From a virus (taxonomy: Duplodnaviria > Caudoviricetes), in IMG/VR virus record IMGVR_UViG_3300021255_004000, positions 64,001-128,000 of that record: a DNA stretch of 64,000 nucleotides. One strand, 5' to 3'. The notes under the pieces were generated by a model, which worked only from the letters and a program-made list of their open reading frames with translations, searched no databases and had not been told where the DNA came from. The stretch's first letter is position 1, and each line of letters starts with the position of its first letter. A program made the position numbers and the translations under genes. Shown here piece after piece: positions 57,888 to 64,000 of the stretch.

Positions 57888-58151
57888 TTCTGCAACTCCT
57901 TAATTTTTGCTGCTGAGCAACCTGTAAGATCTTTTAATGTTGCAGGTGCCCGTCTTATCCAATGTTTACCTGTCTTATCAACTGCACCAAAATAGGTTGA
58001 GCCCATAAGACGGAAACGAATAAGAGTCGGATATTTTGCAACGCCACTTTCAAGCTGCTTAAAGTTTTCCCAAGCTTTTGGGATTTCATTCGGATTCAAC
58101 ATAATTGTATATTAACACCACTCAAAGCCAATTTCTGCTCGAACGAAGTTT

Positions 58152-58721
58152 TTAATAAGATGCTGTTTCATCGTTCCTCCATACATTTGTTACTTGACAC
58201 CTTTCAATTTTCATAACATCAAGATTTCTGAACTGAAAGTTTTTTGAATTGAGAATGTCAAATATATGATCGCCGGTCTTTTCGTAAAGTTCACGAACAA
58301 GTCTTCCATAAAAGCCGTGGCCAATAACAACAACATTTTCTGGGCTGCTTGCATTGATGTCAATAAGAGCATTATTCCATCGGTCAACAATATCAGTGAA
58401 ACGAAGATAAACTTTTTGATTGAAGGTTTCTTCATCGATCTCCCAAAACTTCAAGCCTGACTCAGCAAGTTCACTTATATCAAACTCAGCAAGATCAGGA
58501 AGAACAGTGTACTCTTTCCCAGGGAACAAAGCTTCTGCAGTTTGCTTACATCTTTTTGCAGGAGATACGAACAACTTAAAATCTCTAGGAAGATGACACC
58601 CAACATACCACTTCCATTTGTCAACATCGAAGTTGATTATGCTTTGATTGTCATAATCTTTGACAATTTCTCCTGCGACATTTGCTGCTGTGGGTGCGTG
58701 TCTAATGTAATAAAGTGTCAT
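58152..58721 (-). CDS. histidine phosphatase family protein
   Basis: IRHA, SPAKRCKQTA, L.E, VIGHG. Confidence 0.85.
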   Translation of the reverse strand: MTLYYIRHAPTAANVAGEIVKDYDNQSIINFDVDKWKWYVGCHLPRDFKLFVSPAKRCKQTAEALFPGKEYTVLPDLAEFDISELAESGLKFWEIDEETFNQKVYLRFTDIVDRWNNALIDINASSPENVVVIGHGFYGRLVRELYEKTGDHIFDILNSKNFQFRNLDVMKIERCQVTNVWRNDETASY

Positions 58722-58724
58722 ATA

Positions 58725-59063
58725 TTACCTCGGGCTGTGACATTCCAGTCCTCCTATTGCAGAACCTTTATGTCGAACAACTTTAGTTTCATATTCTTTC
58801 AAAACGCCGTTACCTTCGGCGTGAAGGACATAATTGTAAATCCTACTTAAAACTTCGTTTTTGTCTTTAACTCCTCGAATGTTATCCAACAGACGTGGCT
58901 CGTGAACCATTGTTAAGTGGTCAATAAAAACATAAGCAGATTGACCTCCATTAACCGCTTTAACAATTTCGGGAAGATGTTTCTGTAATTCCTGCAAAGA
59001 AACAGAAGCTTCAATGTTGCTCGGCCTCTGTCTTTTTGCTTCGTGTATTGTAATTAAAGCCAT
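58725..59063 (-). CDS. hypothetical protein
   Basis: operon-packed ORF. Confidence 0.55.
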   Translation of the reverse strand: MALITIHEAKRQRPSNIEASVSLQELQKHLPEIVKAVNGGQSAYVFIDHLTMVHEPRLLDNIRGVKDKNEVLSRIYNYVLHAEGNGVLKEYETKVVRHKGSAIGGLECHSPR

Positions 59064-59512
59064 TACTTATTCAAAACTTCACGGATGTACCAGCGACCAA
59101 GTTCAGTCAAGTCCCATTTGCGAGTTTTTGCAGAGTATGAAATCAACTTGCCCTGATGAAGAGCAGAATAAACGCAGCAGTTCTGACCGCGAAGTGGATG
59201 TCCTTTTTCAAGATGATCCCAGTTCCAATCAGGATGGCGAGTCTTACAAGCAGCAATCCAATTATTGTGACGACGAACCGCGGCTTCTTCATCAATTCCA
59301 AAAGCGCGAACCAATGTTTCAATTTTCTTTGATGGTCCGTTTGCTTCAAGGTCACGAAGAACGATTGCATACTGAGAATCTTTCTTTCCTTTTCCCAGTG
59401 TATAGCCATTCTGTGAATTGCGGTTTACAACCTCAAAAGGAACTGCTTTTGCTCCGTTAAGATAATATGATTTCAACTGATCTTCTGAAAGACATTCCAA
59501 CAATCTTCTCAT
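59063..59512 (-). CDS. hypothetical protein
   Basis: AGGAG RBS before MRRLLE. Confidence 0.55.
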   Translation of the reverse strand: MRRLLECLSEDQLKSYYLNGAKAVPFEVVNRNSQNGYTLGKGKKDSQYAIVLRDLEANGPSKKIETLVRAFGIDEEAAVRRHNNWIAACKTRHPDWNWDHLEKGHPLRGQNCCVYSALHQGKLISYSAKTRKWDLTELGRWYIREVLNK

Positions 59513-59522
59513 AATGTTACTC

Positions 59523-59861
59523 CTACCAAATATATTTTCCGTTAACATAACGGATTTTGCCTTCACTGATTGAACCATTGATAAGCTGTGCAGCGTACTT
59601 TACAATCTTTCTGCGAAGAACTGCATCCTGCTTGTCAGTAAGAAACTTTTTGTATTTGTACTGCTTTGCAAGAGATGAAAGAAAACGAGCATCAGAACCT
59701 GTAAAGCCAATCCCATTGTAGCGGTTTGTTGACTCAGTTCTCTGCTCGTCAAATGTCTGATTTTCAAAAATGCGGAGTAAAGCCCGTACACGAACATCCT
59801 TGCGTGTTTCAAGATTGATCTTCATCTGTGTTATAAGTTGGGCTCTAGAAGTATATTCCAT
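59523..59861 (-). CDS. hypothetical early protein
   Basis: AAGGAG RBS, downstream of early promoter 59896-59924. Confidence 0.65.
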   Translation of the reverse strand: MEYTSRAQLITQMKINLETRKDVRVRALLRIFENQTFDEQRTESTNRYNGIGFTGSDARFLSSLAKQYKYKKFLTDKQDAVLRRKIVKYAAQLINGSISEGKIRYVNGKYIW

Positions 59862-60105
59862 AAATTGCTCCTTTTATCAGGTTTGTTACGATAATAATAT
59901 AAAAGAAGCAATTAAAAAGTTCAATTTTTTACGCCAATTTTTTGTAAAAATAAATCTTTTGGGATAGGCATTTCATATTCAATGCCATTTACATCACGAC
60001 AGCGAGTAACTTCCCAAACTCCTGTTGTGTCGTCTGCTGACCAAATTGAAACAATGTGGTCAACATTAACATCATTAGGTTTTCTTGTTTGTCGATTGAT
60101 AAGAC

Positions 60106-60828
60106 TTATGAACATAATTCTCTCCATCGTGTTTGCAATAATCGTGTGTATATGTCAACTGGGATTCCATATCTGCCTAACGAAAATCCATCATTAACTT
60201 CGATTAAAGCTGTTTCTCCTGTATGTAAAACACCAACATCTAATGCATAAGCAGACGGCGCATCAACGAAATCTTTCGCCATCTGTTCAACAACTTTCAT
60301 ATCAGGAAGTGTTCCGTCTTTCCCAGGAGCTGCATACATTCCCATTACTTTGCCGTTTATTACAGGACAACGATACTCACTTATGAATATAACAGGCTCG
60401 CTGCACCAAAGCTTTGTTTGATTTCCTGCACCATTTACATATTGCAAGTCATCAATCATTGAGCAAACAAATCCTGTGAAGCGTTTCAACTTATCCTTCG
60501 GCTTAATGAACCAATCAAGAGTCCCATCTTTGCTGTCATACATAAGGTTACGAACTTCTTTCATCGTTGAAGTCCATACTTTACGATGTAAGTACTTTTG
60601 CAAACTTTCTGGATAATCATTATAATGATATTCAATTCCAAGTTGGTTCATTGCACTCAACATTACAGGAATTTCACCCATAATGAAGTCGCCTTTATCA
60701 ATCTTAAACTTTCTTTGCATAAGATGCTTTTTGTAAAAAGGCGTTACATTTTGAAAACCAAGTTTATGTGCAACTTCCCATTCTTCATCGTCAAATCTTG
60801 AATGGTCATTAAGCTGAATATAATTCAT
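60106..60828 (-). CDS. ATP-grasp protein (DUF4343/R2K-like)
   Basis: FIKP..K.FTG, SEYR, YALDVG, LIEVNDGFSLG.YG. Confidence 0.8.
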   Translation of the reverse strand: MNYIQLNDHSRFDDEEWEVAHKLGFQNVTPFYKKHLMQRKFKIDKGDFIMGEIPVMLSAMNQLGIEYHYNDYPESLQKYLHRKVWTSTMKEVRNLMYDSKDGTLDWFIKPKDKLKRFTGFVCSMIDDLQYVNGAGNQTKLWCSEPVIFISEYRCPVINGKVMGMYAAPGKDGTLPDMKVVEQMAKDFVDAPSAYALDVGVLHTGETALIEVNDGFSLGRYGIPVDIYTRLLQTRWRELCS

Positions 60829-61229
60829 TAACAATATCCTTGCATTGCGTGATGCAATGTTGCTATAAGTTGAGGATCCGAAACTTTTATGTTTACTTCT
60901 GCTTCAGGTCCTGGCGGTGCTATTTGAAAGCCGTGAATGTTTAAGTCATTGTTCATCATTTGATTTATAGAAGTAACCATCCATCCATTTGGATTTCTTT
61001 CCAATGTTTTTGCTATGTAATCATTTGTATAAGCCATTCTTTGAATAGCACCGCCAACGCCAAAGCTAGGACCAGACTGTTGTGCTATCATATCAGCGAA
61101 GTCTTCTCTTGTAAGAGACTTATTAACAGAAGCTTCTTCTAATTCTTTTTGTCTTTGGTATTCATCGAGAATGGTGTCCTCTTCTTCCCATTCATCTTTA
61201 TCGTCAATCTTGTTTGGCTTCTTCACCAA
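60828..61229 (-). CDS. hypothetical protein
   Basis: operon-packed ORF. Confidence 0.55.
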   Translation of the reverse strand: MVKKPNKIDDKDEWEEEDTILDEYQRQKELEEASVNKSLTREDFADMIAQQSGPSFGVGGAIQRMAYTNDYIAKTLERNPNGWMVTSINQMMNNDLNIHGFQIAPPGPEAEVNIKVSDPQLIATLHHAMQGYC

Positions 61230-61905
61230 AAACCTCCGACTTTGTTTTATGTCTTCCGCAGCATTTTGCTTCTGTACAATAGCCTACTGCATCACACTTA
61301 GGAACAAAGAGTTCTTTACAAATGATTTCCCATTCAGGAGAGTATTCCATAAGAGCTTTCTTCAACATATTTGCAAACTCACGGATTTCCCAGTATGCGC
61401 GTGAACAAAGCCGCATATTCATAAAGTTAATTAAAGTTCTTAAGTTCACTTTCCAAATCATTTTCGACTGATAAGCAAGCGGAAGCAGGTTGGTATAATC
61501 TTCTTTAGGAATGCCCAAAGCTTTCAACGCACCCATAGCCATTTTGATGTCACTCATAGCTTTACACCAAACTTCCATTGCTTCATTGTTGTTTGAAATA
61601 GAAGGAGGAGTGATAACTTCAAATCCTTTTTCATAGTCGATATAACGGGTTGACGCCTGCATACGAGTTGGAGAACCGCCAATGTGAGTGTAAAGTTCAC
61701 GCATCATTTTTGCTGACCAGCCGTCAATTACAAGATAGACATCAGGAAGTTCTTCTACACGACCGTGACCACTTTTAATGCAGTCAAGAGCACGAACGAC
61801 ATTTCTGTCTTTATCAAGTTTGGCTCCCCAGCACACGCCAGCATTAAAGCCTATACAGTTCAATGGATCTTTCATAGTCCAGTCTTTAATCTCTATTGTC
61901 TTCAT
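61204..61905 (-). CDS. thyX: flavin-dependent thymidylate synthase
   Basis: SGH...E, QASTRY, LLP, NLRTLINF..RLC.RA.WEIR. Confidence 0.9.
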   Translation of the reverse strand: MKTIEIKDWTMKDPLNCIGFNAGVCWGAKLDKDRNVVRALDCIKSGHGRVEELPDVYLVIDGWSAKMMRELYTHIGGSPTRMQASTRYIDYEKGFEVITPPSISNNNEAMEVWCKAMSDIKMAMGALKALGIPKEDYTNLLPLAYQSKMIWKVNLRTLINFMNMRLCSRAYWEIREFANMLKKALMEYSPEWEIICKELFVPKCDAVGYCTEAKCCGRHKTKSEVFGEEAKQD

Positions 61906-61969
61906 ATATTGATATTAACAAAAAATCCTTCAGTAAAAACTGAAGGATTTCTCAAATATAATTTTTATG

Positions 61970-63439
61970 TTAGTTATCTGCTAAGTTGTCTTCTCGTAAG
62001 TCAACAAGTTCTTGTGCGATTTGTTTAGAGTATCCTGTCATTTCAGCAATTCCATCAACATCACCTTTTCGTATCAACTCACGAACTTTTGTACCTGAAA
62101 CTGCTCCTTCGCCTCTATCAGTAAGAACCATCTTCTCAGGAAATGTTGTTGTCGGGTCAGTGTCAAAATCTTTATTCTTAGAGAACAAATCAGCACGGTC
62201 AGGACCTACAATGTAAACAGGACGAATCTTTGGTCCAAACATATTATATGCTTCCCAAATAAGTCCTTTAACTGTAATGGCAGGCATTCCTGTTTTCAGT
62301 ATAACTGCTTTACCTTCAAGGCCTTCTTGCTTCAAATATGCATCACATATTTCAGCTCTTTGCTCTGTTGTGTACATTTCTCTGTCATCATCAAAAGGCT
62401 TTCCACTTCTTGGGATACCAATTAAGAACTTGTTACAGCCCTTTTCTCTAAAAGCAGAGATCATTCTACCGTGGCCTTTAGGTCCTGTAAACGGAGCAAA
62501 ATGTCCAAACAATAAACCAACAAGTTCAGTGTCTGGGCCAATTTTACCAACTAAAATGTCTTTACCATTAACATCAATCTTATTGAGACCAGTCTGTAAG
62601 TTGTTTAAGTCAGGAGCAGAAGCTGTTGTTTTCTTTTTAGTGTTATGTTCAGCAAATGCTTTCTTAAACTCTCTTGATGTCATCTTAAATGCAAAGTCAA
62701 TTCCTTTACAGATGGCAACAAGACCTTCATAGAAAACGCTATAACTTGAGTCAGGAATCTCATCAAGGAATCTGTTCTGCAGCTGCTCTTGTGCAATTCT
62801 TGCATTTTCTTTTGTAGGATTTGCAATATAAGGAGCAATAATGTCACTTGTGTCAAATGGCTTATAGTGAATAGTTGTTGCTGACATTGGCTTTGTAATA
62901 AATGTAGGACTGTCAATTAAAGAGCATATTGCGTCTATCAATGTTTCTTGTGATGGGAGCTTTTGTAAGTCGGCGCCCATAACACTAACAACAAAACATC
63001 CGCCATCAGAGCCAAAAGCCTCTTTCTTGTAAGGCACAAGATTGATTCTGATTGCATCAGCATCTCTTGAGCGGGCAACCAAAACCATCTCAATCTGAAT
63101 CTTAATTAAAGACTGATTGTACTCTTTTCTTAAAGAGTCAACGAAATCAATAAAGTCGGGTTTGTCAAAAATCTCAAAATATAATAATGAAATACCTTGA
63201 GCGTTTTCTTTATATATTCTTTCGTCAAAACCAAATCTTTCAAAGAAAAGTTGACCATCATAACCAACCAAGATTGTTGCGCCGTCAATTTTTTCAGAGA
63301 TTGAAATAATGTCTTCTGACACAGTGCAGTCATTATCATAAATATAATTTGCTACTGCATCAAAAGCTGAAGGACGCATCTGTGATGGCTTATTGTCATT
63401 GAAAAGATGTGGAAGATGTGATTTGCCTTCTAATGCCAT
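61970..63439 (-). CDS. fusion of a ligase-like (EKIDG) N-domain and a HIGH-type cytidylyltransferase-like C-domain
   Basis: SEKIDGA; GHFAPFTGPKGH, VGPDR, VSGTKVRE. Confidence 0.65.
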   Translation of the reverse strand: MALEGKSHLPHLFNDNKPSQMRPSAFDAVANYIYDNDCTVSEDIISISEKIDGATILVGYDGQLFFERFGFDERIYKENAQGISLLYFEIFDKPDFIDFVDSLRKEYNQSLIKIQIEMVLVARSRDADAIRINLVPYKKEAFGSDGGCFVVSVMGADLQKLPSQETLIDAICSLIDSPTFITKPMSATTIHYKPFDTSDIIAPYIANPTKENARIAQEQLQNRFLDEIPDSSYSVFYEGLVAICKGIDFAFKMTSREFKKAFAEHNTKKKTTASAPDLNNLQTGLNKIDVNGKDILVGKIGPDTELVGLLFGHFAPFTGPKGHGRMISAFREKGCNKFLIGIPRSGKPFDDDREMYTTEQRAEICDAYLKQEGLEGKAVILKTGMPAITVKGLIWEAYNMFGPKIRPVYIVGPDRADLFSKNKDFDTDPTTTFPEKMVLTDRGEGAVSGTKVRELIRKGDVDGIAEMTGYSKQIAQELVDLREDNLADN

Positions 63440-63999
63440 TATTCTCCTCCAGTTCCGCCTTCATCAGTGATTTCAGCATCTCTTTGTCTGTTTACATAAG
63501 TTGAGTAATAGTCGACTTCTTTGTCTGCAACTTCATCACCAAACTTATCTTTCAAATATGGGAACACTTCGTAAAACTTATTTACTGCTGTTTCTTTCCA
63601 TCCCTTATCTTCGTCTTTGTCAAATGCAGACAACTTTTGAGCATAAGGTGCCCAAATTAAGTCAATGAAATAGTCAAATACTCTGCAGATTTCTTCTTTT
63701 GTAAAGTTTTCTTCCATCAAAGAAAGTGTTCTTACAAATGAATACAACTTTTTCTTTTCTTCTTCTGATTTTGGAGGACGATGGAAGAACAGTTCAAAAA
63801 TCTTATCAACATCAGTTGTATATTCAGATTCTTTTGTTGGCTGCTTATAAACCTTCTTAAGTCCTGTCTCTTCATCAACTGCTTCTGTACCATCATCATT
63901 TAACCAAGGCTTTAATTTATTGCGAACACCTTTATCTACTGAGAATGCAATAGATGATGGGTTAAGGATTTTCTCACCGTGCGAAGTTACCGGTCTGCC
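63439..63999 (-). CDS. hypothetical protein, 5'-truncated by the window end
   Basis: frame stays open upstream of 63747 to the window edge. Confidence 0.6.
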   Translation of the reverse strand, partial: GRPVTSHGEKILNPSSIAFSVDKGVRNKLKPWLNDDGTEAVDEETGLKKVYKQPTKESEYTTDVDKIFELFFHRPPKSEEEKKKLYSFVRTLSLMEENFTKEEICRVFDYFIDLIWAPYAQKLSAFDKDEDKGWKETAVNKFYEVFPYLKDKFGDEVADKEVDYYSTYVNRQRDAEITDEGGTGGE

Positions 64000-64000
64000 T

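Noticed and set aside
1-64000. Stop-codon reassignment
   Set aside because: Long genes are intact in the standard code, all three stops end genes, and no CTA/TCA suppressor tRNA was found.

Overview
This is an AT-rich segment of a large (jumbo-like) tailed-phage genome, with genes mostly on the minus strand. It carries a GroEL-like chaperonin, a lytic transglycosylase, a C39-like peptidase, a CCA-adding enzyme, a ThiC-family radical-SAM homolog and an Rnl1-type RNA ligase. Also present are a phage sigma factor, a RecU-like nuclease, DnaB/DnaC-like proteins, a T4 gp42-like dCMP hydroxymethylase, dCMP deaminase, ThyX, a tmRNA and a ~10-kb array of about 37 CCA-less tRNA genes interleaved with unidentified structured RNAs and two homing-endonuclease-like genes. 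Main finding: most of the tRNA array is split into three blocks, each preceded by an unannotated 40-44-codon leader ORF whose stop codon lies in an antiterminator strand competing with an intrinsic terminator. The codons of each leader match the tRNA species of the block it precedes, which suggests codon-programmed translational attenuators that switch on the tRNAs that are missing. Second finding: a seven-copy RNA family shares one closing stem plus a GUUCCUA motif and carries circularly permuted tRNAs or isolated tRNA arms (Y-RNA-like tRNA mimics); three copies lie next to a TerD-like-domain protein gene near the RNA ligase. All calls were made by eye, without database searches.
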